From: Methanofastidiosum sp. | GTDB taxonomy: Archaea > Methanobacteriota_B > Thermococci > Methanofastidiosales > Methanofastidiosaceae | Length of the DNA: 64,000 bases | Reading direction: 5' to 3' | NCBI GenBank assembly: GCA_035362715.1 | Contig: DAOSDU010000007.1 | Location: 16,974-80,973 of the forward strand | Shown here: piece after piece, positions 50,464-59,440 of the stretch | How positions within the stretch are numbered: position 1 is the stretch's first letter | Layout: each line of letters starts with the position of its first letter | The notes under the pieces: generated by a model | Told to the model about the DNA's origin: nothing | Databases searched by the model: none | What the model saw: only the letters and a program-made list of their open reading frames with translations | Position numbers and translations under genes: made by a program

Positions 50464-50663
50464 CTGGATAACCCACATGAAAGACAATGATTATCCATAA
50501 TGATAATCCGTGAGCGATATTACAATACCACTATTGAAGTATCCAGACAATAGATATGAAGTGTCCATATAATATCTGAATAATATTATGGGGGTATAAG
50601 GATAATACAAGAAACACATCAGGAAGATACCCAGATAGGTTATAAGAGATATCTGGATAACCG
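50464..50663. promoter_or_regulatory. cluster of GGATAAC/GTTATCC-type repeats in the long leader upstream of cdrS-ftsZ
   Basis: Exact 10-mer CTGGATAACC at 50464 and 50653; TGGATAA-N19-TTATCCA inverted pair; TGATTATCC/TGATAATCC; GTATCCA; GGATAAT. Confidence 0.45.
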
Positions 50664-50718
50664 AAACTCTTATATAGATATATCTCCTAAGTATTATACA
50701 GATGCTAGAGGGACACTA

Positions 50719-50901
50719 ATGAAACTCATATCAGTACAAATACCAGAAGCATATATGAACGGGTTGGACGAGTTGGTTAATTATGGATACTTCCCTAATA
50801 AGAGTGAAGCCATAAGATCAGCGATCAGAGACATGCTAAAGAACGAACTTGGTGGGTTTAGATCACTTAGAAATGAAGGCATATCTGGAAAAATAAAGTA
50901 A
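50719..50901 (+). CDS. cdrS: ribbon-helix-helix (CopG-family) regulator upstream of ftsZ, CdrS-like
   Basis: KLISVQIPEAYMNGLDELV…NKSEAIRSAIRDML is an RHH fold pattern; 60 aa; 36 bp upstream of ftsZ. Confidence 0.6.
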   Translation: MKLISVQIPEAYMNGLDELVNYGYFPNKSEAIRSAIRDMLKNELGGFRSLRNEGISGKIK

Positions 50902-50937
50902 ATAATAAAAAATAATTTATATAATTGGGGGTTTTAT

Positions 50938-52089
50938 ATGAAAGGCATCTTGGAAAATGCTTCAAGATATACTCAAACTAATAACTTTGAAGAAACTGCA
51001 GCGGAATTAGAAGGCATTGGGCACGCTAGGATAATATGTGCAGGATGTGGCGGTGCAGGCAATAATACAATAAATAGACTTTCAATGCTCGGAGGAGTAA
51101 TGGGCGCCGAAACAATTGCCTTGAATACCGATAGGCAGCACTTAGAAAATATTCAAGCTGACAAAAAGTTTGTTATTGGAAAAGAGCTTACAAAAGGTCT
51201 TGGAGCAGGGGGAGACCCTAGCATTGGCTGGGAAGCCGCTCAAGAGGATAGGCATAAATTAAAAGATCTTTTTAAAGACGCAAATTTAGTTTTCGTCTCT
51301 GCAGGTATGGGAGGCGGAACAGGAACGGGGAGTGCCCCGGTAGTTGCTGAAGTTGCTAAAGAATGTGGCGCGTTAGTTGTGGGGGTAGTAACCTTACCTT
51401 TTAGAATGGAAGGATCTCACAGATTTGAAAAGGCAATTCAAGGACTTGAAGCCTTTAGGCGATATGCAGATACAGTTATCACACTAGATAACAATAAGCT
51501 ACTTCAACTTGTTCCGAACATGCCAATTGACTATGCATTTAGCGTATCTGACGAAGTTCTTGCCGAGATGGTTAAAGGAATCACAGAGACTATTACACAA
51601 CCAAGTCTTGTTAACTTAGATTATGCTGATGTAAGAACAATCATGCAAGATGGTGGAGTTGCTGTAATCGGAGTCGGTGAATCTAATACGAAGAATAGAG
51701 TTGAGGAAGCAGTCCACGAAGCAATGACCTGCAAACTATTGGATGTTGACTATAAGAATGCAAAAGGTGCACTTGTTCACGTTTCAGGCGGTAGCAATAT
51801 GACCTTAAACGAGGCCAACAGAGTCGGAGAAATTGTTAACTCAATTATGGATCCTGAAGCAAAGATTATTTGGGGTGCAAGAGTTGACGAAGGTCTAAAA
51901 GATTCGATGAGAGTAATGCTCATCATGACTGGAGTAAAATCACCGTTCATATCTGGAAGAGCTGCAGATGGAGACATAGAACTACAACCGTTTGAGAGAG
52001 ACGCAAGAAGGAAAAGAGTGGGCGGCGGAGAAAGCTTTGGGCGAAGCATCGACTGGGCTAAATATGGAATAGATGATCTATTTAGCTAA
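50938..52089 (+). CDS. ftsZ: cell division GTPase FtsZ
   Basis: GCGGAGNN; [11 protein letters not shown] tubulin signature. Confidence 0.9.
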   Translation: MKGILENASRYTQTNNFEETAAELEGIGHARIICAGCGGAGNNTINRLSMLGGVMGAETIALNTDRQHLENIQADKKFVIGKELTKGLGAGGDPSIGWEAAQEDRHKLKDLFKDANLVFVSAGMGGGTGTGSAPVVAEVAKECGALVVGVVTLPFRMEGSHRFEKAIQGLEAFRRYADTVITLDNNKLLQLVPNMPIDYAFSVSDEVLAEMVKGITETITQPSLVNLDYADVRTIMQDGGVAVIGVGESNTKNRVEEAVHEAMTCKLLDVDYKNAKGALVHVSGGSNMTLNEANRVGEIVNSIMDPEAKIIWGARVDEGLKDSMRVMLIMTGVKSPFISGRAADGDIELQPFERDARRKRVGGGESFGRSIDWAKYGIDDLFS

Positions 52090-52161
52090 AATAGTTATTA
52101 TTTCATTTTATTAAATATATTCTAATTTTCTTAATTATAAAAAAATTTTATTTTAATAGAT

Positions 52162-53976
52162 TTAACGACCTCCAACGCCGCCTCCACCGAAGCCACCGCC
52201 ACCACCAAATCCGCCTCCGCCTCCAAATCCTCCACTACCGCCACCGCCACTGCTGGGGGGCGCGTAGGATGAAATTGGAATAAAAGACCTATTTATCGCA
52301 TGGTAAGGAACTACATTTACGTCTTGTATGTTTACATTCAGAGCTTTCATTGCAGCTTCTACTTTATCCCCTACTCCAAGTGCAGTTCCATATACAAGCC
52401 ATTCTCCCCACATGAGGATATCATCTGGAGAATATTTTCTCATCAATGCGAGGTCGGATAAGAACTTAGTAAAAGCATCCCATTCAAGTTTTTCTTTATA
52501 GCTGTCATTTTTCCATAACCCAAATAGTGTTGTTGGAAATGCCATAGCGATTATAGATTGGATAACAATTATTATGGAAGCAATAAGAGAACTTGATGCA
52601 TTAGTTGCAAAAGGTATGAATATGAGCATAATAATAGAAATGACTACAAAGAGTATCCCAAAAAGCAATACTGGGAGAGGTCTAGTTCTTCCCTCAACTA
52701 TATAGTTTTTAATAATCATTCTGTCAGTAGATTTCACATTTGTAATGCCGTTTAGGGATGATTGATAGCTTAACATAGTTTTTTGGTTCATAACATCCTT
52801 TCTTGCACTCTTAGCTAGGGAGGATATTGTTTCAGTATCAACAACTCCATCAGACCCTACTTTTTCAATAAACTCAATTACCTTAGTTTCAAAATGATCT
52901 AGGTCAGTTTTATCTTTGAGTTTAATTGTGATATATTTTGGATTCTCCTTCTCTTTTATCTCAATTTTATGTCTTTTATGAAGGTCCAAAAGTGTTGCGT
53001 AGAAAGCATTCATATCAAAAGTATTTGCCTCACCTTTAAACAGAAGATTGACTACCCAAGGTTTCAATTTATCGTTAGGAACAAAGCTCAAAAATTCCGG
53101 CACTGTAAAGCTTTTTTCTTTTCCACGTCTGTAATAAATATATAAGAATATGAATGGAACTATTATAAGCAGTAGACTTGTTAAGGCGTAAAGAAACTTT
53201 GCCGCATAAAATGGTACAGTATAGAGTAAATTAGCCATTTCTGTTTTCTGTCTAACTCCACTTATATTTTCTGGGAAACCGTTTATGGTATTAATATATT
53301 CTGGCTTTAAGAGAAGTTCGATTTCTAAAAGTTCATTCTCTGGAGAAGTTCCAGTAATAATAATATAGTTTTGATCTTCTGAAACTTTTAAATTAGGTGG
53401 ATGTGGATAGACTTTTACTATACTTTCTTTTGCAATCATTATCTTAAAATTTTTTATTGGTATATGTTCTCTCTGGAGTTTTAGATTCAAATGACTGACT
53501 TCACTATCGTATTGAATAGGTGGGTGAAGGATGTAAGTGTATTCTATCTCATACTTGCCTTTATTAAAGTATGAAGGATTGTATGCGCCCACTTCATTTG
53601 TATACGCCAAAGAGTCTATGGTATAACTGTGGGATTCATCTCCAAATAATCTCACATCACCTTTGTAATCTTTAGCATAACCGATAGTTCCAGAAGGATA
53701 CTTTACGTTTACAAATTCAATATAGGACCTTCCAAGTCTTTCAAATGAAAGCATGTCATCCCAGTATCTGAAAAGCATCCTATACTGCCCAGAATTTTTT
53801 ACTTCGTATGTATATCTCTCAGATAAAGTGCCATCTGAAAGAAAAGTAACCTCATAGTTATCCACTACGAGGTCGCCCTCAAAAATGATTGGGCCTTTAG
53901 GCAGTAGCAATAGTGCAGTTGCGCCTATCAAAAGCGTAACTAGCACTAGTACTGTAATCTGTTTTGATTCAGCCAT
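52162..53976 (-). CDS. DUF2207-family membrane protein with C-terminal poly-Gly/Phe tail
   Basis: N-terminal signal/TM, large extracellular domain, TM helices, tail GGGGSGGFGGGGGFGGGGGFGGGG. Confidence 0.6.
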   Translation of the reverse strand: MAESKQITVLVLVTLLIGATALLLLPKGPIIFEGDLVVDNYEVTFLSDGTLSERYTYEVKNSGQYRMLFRYWDDMLSFERLGRSYIEFVNVKYPSGTIGYAKDYKGDVRLFGDESHSYTIDSLAYTNEVGAYNPSYFNKGKYEIEYTYILHPPIQYDSEVSHLNLKLQREHIPIKNFKIMIAKESIVKVYPHPPNLKVSEDQNYIIITGTSPENELLEIELLLKPEYINTINGFPENISGVRQKTEMANLLYTVPFYAAKFLYALTSLLLIIVPFIFLYIYYRRGKEKSFTVPEFLSFVPNDKLKPWVVNLLFKGEANTFDMNAFYATLLDLHKRHKIEIKEKENPKYITIKLKDKTDLDHFETKVIEFIEKVGSDGVVDTETISSLAKSARKDVMNQKTMLSYQSSLNGITNVKSTDRMIIKNYIVEGRTRPLPVLLFGILFVVISIIMLIFIPFATNASSSLIASIIIVIQSIIAMAFPTTLFGLWKNDSYKEKLEWDAFTKFLSDLALMRKYSPDDILMWGEWLVYGTALGVGDKVEAAMKALNVNIQDVNVVPYHAINRSFIPISSYAPPSSGGGGSGGFGGGGGFGGGGGFGGGGVGGR

Positions 53977-53987
53977 ATTTCCATCTT

Positions 53988-54620
53988 CTAAAACTCAATT
54001 TTTGGCCTTGTTTCAATAGCCTCTTCAAATTTAAGGTATTCTAGTTTTATGAGTCCGATGATTCTTCCAACTATGTTTGAGGGTATTGTATCAAGCATAG
54101 TGTTAAACTGTTGGGCTATGTTATTGTAGGTATACCTTTGTCTTGCAATTTCATCTTCTACAGTTTTTACTGATTCCATTAGGTTAACTACTGTAGTTGA
54201 AGTTTTAAGATCTGGATAGTTTTCTGCTACTGCAATAAGTCTTCCCAATATGCCCGCACTTTGACGATCAATTTCACTTATTGCCTCAGGAGAAGCGCTT
54301 CCAATACTTGCACGGTATTTTGTAATATTCTCCAATGTTTCTTTCTCAAACTTTGCGTAACTCTTTACAGCACCCAATAGCTGGTCAATCATATCAAGAC
54401 GCTTTTTTAGGGCGACTCTTATCTGCCCAAGAGTTGCTTCAGCTGAATTCTTCAATGCAAAAAATCTGTTGTAGATGCCAACAAATATCCCAATAAGACC
54501 AATTGCTATAACAACTACAACTCCAAGTATTAACAAAATTGATAAGTCCATAAAATCTCCAACTACACTTTGATTATGGTATTTAAGTATCTTTCGGAGA
54601 ATAATTCTTAGTAATTTCAA
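53988..54620 (-). CDS. lemA: LemA-family protein
   Basis: N-terminal TM then LemA helical pattern (NYPDLK… region). Confidence 0.7.
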   Translation of the reverse strand: MKLLRIILRKILKYHNQSVVGDFMDLSILLILGVVVVIAIGLIGIFVGIYNRFFALKNSAEATLGQIRVALKKRLDMIDQLLGAVKSYAKFEKETLENITKYRASIGSASPEAISEIDRQSAGILGRLIAVAENYPDLKTSTTVVNLMESVKTVEDEIARQRYTYNNIAQQFNTMLDTIPSNIVGRIIGLIKLEYLKFEEAIETRPKIEF

Positions 54621-54633
54621 AAAATAGAACGGA

Positions 54634-55740
54634 TTATGGTATTATTTCAGGCCCAAAATATTTTTCATATTCAAAGTCTTTGTAGCTGATTAGCTCTTTG
54701 TCAATAAGTTCTTTAATTTCAGGCATTTTATTTTTTAGCTCTATTACAAGATGTTTAATTGTATTACATATTAATGCATTTCCATCTTCTGGCCATAATT
54801 TTAGGTGCTGCCAGTAGAGGCATCTCCCGCCACAAATATTCTTAATCTCACAATTCTTGCATCTTTCTGCCATTGGAAATTTTTTTAATTCTGTGGGGTC
54901 AGAATCTAAATCACCACAAACAAAATCTTGAATCCAAGTCATGATTGGGCAAGCCACCAATTTTCCATCTGTGCGTATAGCATACCCACTATGGCCTGCA
55001 CCACATCTTAGAAATGTTTTCTCGCCTTTGAGAAGGCTCTCAACTATTCCAATGAATGGATAAAGTTTTAGGACTTTTTGAGTCCTCATCTGACTTACCC
55101 AATAATCGATAAGCTTTGTGATAGAACTGTTGTATTCTTTTACAAATAAACTAAATTTTTCTTTATCATAATCATATGCGTAAAAGCCTGCATCTATCTG
55201 CCAATGGACGGATGAAAAGCCACTATCAATCAAATGTAAGACTTGTTCAAAAATATCTGGTGATTCTGGGTTTAAAGTCATCCTGCCAATAATCTCTCCA
55301 GAATAACCTTTTTCTTCTATTTCTGAAATATTCTTCATTACTAAGTTGTAAGTTCCTTTACCTCTATTCGAATCAGTTCTCTCTTTATCGCCATCAATAG
55401 AAACTAAAATCCTACCAATTTTATCTAGATATTCTATCGGAAGTTTGTCCAAAAGCTTTCCGTTCGTCTGCATTCTAAAAGGCACATCAATATTATCAAT
55501 GATTTCCTTGATTTTATTTATTTGGAGGAGAGGTTCCCCTCCATAGAAGATAATTACAGGATTTTTATCCTTATTAATAAATTTCTTAAGAGCATTCACA
55601 TCGATTTCGCTAGATTCAGGTGCAGATAAATCAAGAGTGACTTTTTGTTCAATATCTGCATCAAAATCATTCATTGATTTTTCGTAACAGTATCTGCACT
55701 GTGAATTGCATTTCGTTGTCAGTATGATGTGATAATGCAT
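54634..55740 (-). CDS. radical SAM enzyme with C-terminal SPASM domain (anSME-like maturase)
   Basis: CNSQCRYC CxxxCxxC motif; 8 Cys in the last about 100 aa. Confidence 0.8.
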   Translation of the reverse strand: MHYHIILTTKCNSQCRYCYEKSMNDFDADIEQKVTLDLSAPESSEIDVNALKKFINKDKNPVIIFYGGEPLLQINKIKEIIDNIDVPFRMQTNGKLLDKLPIEYLDKIGRILVSIDGDKERTDSNRGKGTYNLVMKNISEIEEKGYSGEIIGRMTLNPESPDIFEQVLHLIDSGFSSVHWQIDAGFYAYDYDKEKFSLFVKEYNSSITKLIDYWVSQMRTQKVLKLYPFIGIVESLLKGEKTFLRCGAGHSGYAIRTDGKLVACPIMTWIQDFVCGDLDSDPTELKKFPMAERCKNCEIKNICGGRCLYWQHLKLWPEDGNALICNTIKHLVIELKNKMPEIKELIDKELISYKDFEYEKYFGPEIIP

Positions 55741-55862
55741 AGGTCAAATCTTAATTAATTCGTTTAAATTACTAATGTATACAAAATTATAAGGATAATA
55801 TTCACGTTAATTTTATAATGAATGTTTCTACTAATAAATAAAGATATCATAACAGTGTTAGC

Positions 55863-57227
55863 ATGAGTAGAAAAAATTCAAGAATCAATATAAAGAAAAT
55901 AGTTCCATTAGGATTACTTAACAAAATCAATCGAAATCAATTTGGGTATAAGAGTCTTGGGATTATATTTTTCTTTGGATTAATCACTTTTTTAATATGG
56001 CTCTTCAACAGGATGGGTGGGAATTTTCAATTCTTATTAGTTATTGCTAAAGTATCGGCATTGATTGGAATATGTTTATTATCTTTAACAATTTTTTTAT
56101 CCCTAAGATGGCATTTCATGGAATCATTTTTTGGGGGCCTCGATAAAGTCTACAAAGCTCATCACTTTTTAGGGCAGATTACAATGATTGTGATACTACT
56201 GCACCCTCTTTTTTTAATTATCAGAGTCTTTCCCAACCTGAATTTAATATCAATATACATTGTCCCTGGATTGAATATTCCTTATACGTATGGGATTGTT
56301 TCTTTTATCCTCCTTGTTATTCTTTTGGTATTTACTCTTGTAATAAGGCTACCTTACAAAATCTGGCACCTCACACACAAGTTTATGGGAATCGTTCTAA
56401 TATTCGCTACCTGGCATGCATTAGTTGCAGGGCGAGATATAATTCAATATCCAGTACTTAGAATATGGATTCTTATGTTCTCATTAGTCGGAATTATTTC
56501 ATATTTCTATATGCTATTTTTCTATCAATTAATTGGCCCTAAAGTAAGGGCCGAAGTTAAAGATGTCAAGATCATGGGGGATATAACTGAAATTAAATTT
56601 GAAACACTTGGCAAAAAAATGAATTTTAATCCTGGTCAATTTATCTTTATCAAGTTTTTAAATCTTGAAAAATCATTTGAAATATTTCCATTTTCTATAT
56701 CAAGTTCTACGAATGATGAGTTGATTAGAATCTCGGCAAAAAAATCAGGAGATTTTACTTCTTATCATCTACCAAAAGTAAATGTTGGGGATAAGGTATA
56801 TTTATACGGGCCGTATGGTAGATTTGGCGAGAAATCTCTTTTTGAAAAAAAGGATATGATATGGATTGCAGGCGGGATAGGAGTAACTCCTTTTCTTAGT
56901 ATGTTAAAATATAAAGATTTACCAAAAAATAATAAGATTGATTTTCTATGGTCCTGTAAAGATGAAACGAATGCAATCTACGATAAGGAAATAAAAGAAA
57001 TTATCAAAAATAAAAATAACATCCGATATAGGATATGGGCCTCAAACGATCTCGGAAGACTTTCTGCACAAGATATAATTCAATTATCAGGTGCCAAAGA
57101 GAAAATCACTAATAAATTAATTTTTATATGTGGCCCCAATGAAATGATGATGGAACTTGCAGATCAATTTATCAAACTGGGCGTTAAACCAAGAAATATA
57201 ATTTTTGAAGACTTCAATCTTATTTAG
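55863..57227 (+). CDS. NOX/ferric-reductase-like flavocytochrome (6-TM heme domain + FAD/NAD(P)H-binding FNR-like domain)
   Basis: bis-His H-x13-H (AHHFLGQITMIVILLHP) and H-x12-H (HKFMGIVLIFATWH) in TM helices; FPFS; GGIGVTPF; CGP. Confidence 0.7.
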   Translation: MSRKNSRINIKKIVPLGLLNKINRNQFGYKSLGIIFFFGLITFLIWLFNRMGGNFQFLLVIAKVSALIGICLLSLTIFLSLRWHFMESFFGGLDKVYKAHHFLGQITMIVILLHPLFLIIRVFPNLNLISIYIVPGLNIPYTYGIVSFILLVILLVFTLVIRLPYKIWHLTHKFMGIVLIFATWHALVAGRDIIQYPVLRIWILMFSLVGIISYFYMLFFYQLIGPKVRAEVKDVKIMGDITEIKFETLGKKMNFNPGQFIFIKFLNLEKSFEIFPFSISSSTNDELIRISAKKSGDFTSYHLPKVNVGDKVYLYGPYGRFGEKSLFEKKDMIWIAGGIGVTPFLSMLKYKDLPKNNKIDFLWSCKDETNAIYDKEIKEIIKNKNNIRYRIWASNDLGRLSAQDIIQLSGAKEKITNKLIFICGPNEMMMELADQFIKLGVKPRNIIFEDFNLI

Positions 57228-57284
57228 GATTTCATGCTAGACGTGGAGACTTTAAATTTTAGTCTTTTTAACTTTTAAACTAAT

Positions 57285-57701
57285 CTAGGAATTATTACAA
57301 AAGAATTCTATTATCCATCGCTTTATTTCGTCTCTAGATTTCCTAAAAGCATTTAATTTATCTTCATTTGTTCCTTCTACACTGGAAGGGTCTTCAAATC
57401 TTTTGTGCATGTAATTTTTCGCACCAGGAAAAAATGGGCATGTTTCTTTAGCATTATCACAAACTGTAATCACGTAATCAAATTGCATGTTCATAAAATC
57501 TTCAGTACTTTTTGAATAATGAGAGGATATGTCAATTCCTATTTCTTTCAAAGCTTCAATGGAGAATGGATTTATCCTAGTAGGTGCCGAGCCTGCACTA
57601 TATGCCTCAAAGGCGTTCTCACAAATATTATTCAATAGGCCTTCAGCCATTTGTGATCTAGCTGAATTATGTGTGCAAACAAAAAGAACTTTTTTCTTCA
57701 T
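57285..57701 (-). CDS. arsC: arsenate reductase, LMW-PTP type
   Basis: VLFVCTHNSARSQMAEG CX5R P-loop. Confidence 0.75.
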   Translation of the reverse strand: MKKKVLFVCTHNSARSQMAEGLLNNICENAFEAYSAGSAPTRINPFSIEALKEIGIDISSHYSKSTEDFMNMQFDYVITVCDNAKETCPFFPGAKNYMHKRFEDPSSVEGTNEDKLNAFRKSRDEIKRWIIEFFCNNS

Positions 57702-57799
57702 ATTAATCCAACAATAACTAATCTAACTAATGTATTATAAGATTATTCAACGTAAAATATATATTGCTATGAGATGATAATCTTAAGGATCAGTATTAT

Positions 57800-58165
57800 T
57801 TATTCAAGGGCCAACTGGCACTGTTTACAATATGTAGCTGAACACTCAGGATTATCAAATTTCCATTTAAGGCCCCAATCTTTAATTTCTTGAATTATGT
57901 GGATAAAATCTTCTCCACTTTCAGTTAGAGAATACTCACATTTTATTGGTACTTTAGAATTATCTATATTTTTTTTGATAAGTCCTTGATCTTCTAGTTC
58001 AGAAAGCCGTAATGAGAGAATTTTAGGCGTTATTCCTCTTAAACCCCTTTTTAATTCATTAAATCTCTTATCTTTAGTCTCACCTCTATATAACTCTAAT
58101 AAAATTAGAAGAGACCATTTTTTGCCCACAATATCAAGTGTTTTGAAAATAGTGCAGTCGATCAT
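57800..58165 (-). CDS. HxlR-family winged-helix transcriptional regulator
   Basis: GKKWSLLIL…RFNEL…ITPKILSLRLSELE pattern. Confidence 0.7.
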   Translation of the reverse strand: MIDCTIFKTLDIVGKKWSLLILLELYRGETKDKRFNELKRGLRGITPKILSLRLSELEDQGLIKKNIDNSKVPIKCEYSLTESGEDFIHIIQEIKDWGLKWKFDNPECSATYCKQCQLALE

Positions 58166-58241
58166 GGTATCAAACCAGAAACTTACTAGTTTATATAAGT
58201 ATCTATTATATACTTAGTATAGAAAAGATATTGGTGTTAAA

Positions 58242-59075
58242 ATGGTAAAGAGAGAAATAATCAATATTAATGAGGAAAAATGCAATGGATGTGGGATTTG
58301 TGTTCCCAATTGCCCTGAAGGAGCGCTTCAAATAATAGATGGCAAAGCGAGATTAGTTAGTGATCTATTTTGTGATGGACTTGGAGCCTGCATTGGAAAC
58401 TGTCCAGAAGGTGCTATATTTGTTGAAGAAAGAGAAGCTGAAGAATACGATGAAAGAAAAGTAATGCAGAATATAGTAAAACATGGAAAAAATACTATCA
58501 AGGCTCATCTTCAGCACTTAAAGGATCACGGTGCAGATAAATATCTAAAACAGGCAAAAGATTTCCTTGAAGAGAAAGGTATAGAAAATCCTATTAAGGA
58601 AGAAAGTCATCTACATAGGACATCTTGTCCAGGTTCAAAAATTATGGAATTCTCAAAAGAAGAAAATAAAGTAAATGAGACAGGAAAGAGGTCCTCTCAA
58701 CTTAGACAATGGCCAATTCAACTTCATCTGGTCTCACCAAATGCACCTTATTTTCTTGGCAAGGATGTTTTACTTGCCGCAGATTGTACAGCCTTCTCGA
58801 TAGGTGATTTTCACAAAGATTTCCTTAAGGGTAAGACATTAGTAATAGCATGCCCAAAACTTGATTCAAATAGAGATGTCTATGTAGAGAAAATAAAAAA
58901 GATGATAGATGAGGCAAAGATTAACACATTAACAGTTTTAGTAATGGAAGTCCCGTGTTGCTCTGGTCTTCTTCAAATAGCCAAGAAGGCTTTAGATAGT
59001 GCAACTCGAAAGATTCCGATAAAATTAATAGTAGTTGGGATCAAAGGAGATGTAATAAAGGAGGAATGGATATAA
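58242..59075 (+). CDS. Fe-S protein: N-terminal 2x[4Fe-4S] ferredoxin domain plus about 170-aa Cys-containing C-terminal domain of unknown family
   Basis: CNGCGICVPNCPEG and CDGLGACIGNCPEG; C-terminal Cys at ADCTAF, IACPKLD, VPCCSG. Confidence 0.5.
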   Translation: MVKREIININEEKCNGCGICVPNCPEGALQIIDGKARLVSDLFCDGLGACIGNCPEGAIFVEEREAEEYDERKVMQNIVKHGKNTIKAHLQHLKDHGADKYLKQAKDFLEEKGIENPIKEESHLHRTSCPGSKIMEFSKEENKVNETGKRSSQLRQWPIQLHLVSPNAPYFLGKDVLLAADCTAFSIGDFHKDFLKGKTLVIACPKLDSNRDVYVEKIKKMIDEAKINTLTVLVMEVPCCSGLLQIAKKALDSATRKIPIKLIVVGIKGDVIKEEWI

Positions 59076-59386
59076 TGGAGAAAGGATTTTGGAAAGATTT
59101 GAACAAAACTATGCAGTTTCCAAAAGAGGGCATTTTTAGTACTGTATTGGCATTGTCCAAAACATACAACTATACATTGATGTGTCTATCTGCTGGGACA
59201 AATATAGACACACATACTTCAACTAAGGCGGGGATTGTACAAGTTTTAAGTGGAACAGGTACCTTTACACTTGTTGATGAAGAGATTGAAATGACCCCGG
59301 GGGTATTTATTTTCATGCCTAAGAATGCACCCCATTCTCTCAAAGCTAAGGATAATCTGGCAATATTATTGGGTTTAACAGATTAA
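59066..59386 (+). CDS. cupin-domain protein
   Basis: Small beta-barrel pattern with conserved G…H…PKNAPHS. Confidence 0.45.
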   Translation: MDIMEKGFWKDLNKTMQFPKEGIFSTVLALSKTYNYTLMCLSAGTNIDTHTSTKAGIVQVLSGTGTFTLVDEEIEMTPGVFIFMPKNAPHSLKAKDNLAILLGLTD

Positions 59387-59440
59387 TTTATTTTTCCTTT
59401 TTGTAAAGAAAACCTATATATAATAATAAAACAAAGATAT

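Noticed and set aside
50480-50580. Possible C/D-box sRNA in the ftsZ leader (ATGAT and CTGA elements)
   Set aside because: No proper RUGAUGA C box and no terminal stem. The elements are better explained as part of the GATwATC/GGATAA repeat family.
58197-58215. AAGTAT-N7-ATACTT inverted repeat in the HxlR/cooS-operon divergent promoter
   Set aside because: 6-bp arms in 80% AT sequence are expected by chance. Kept only as a place to look if HxlR binding is tested.
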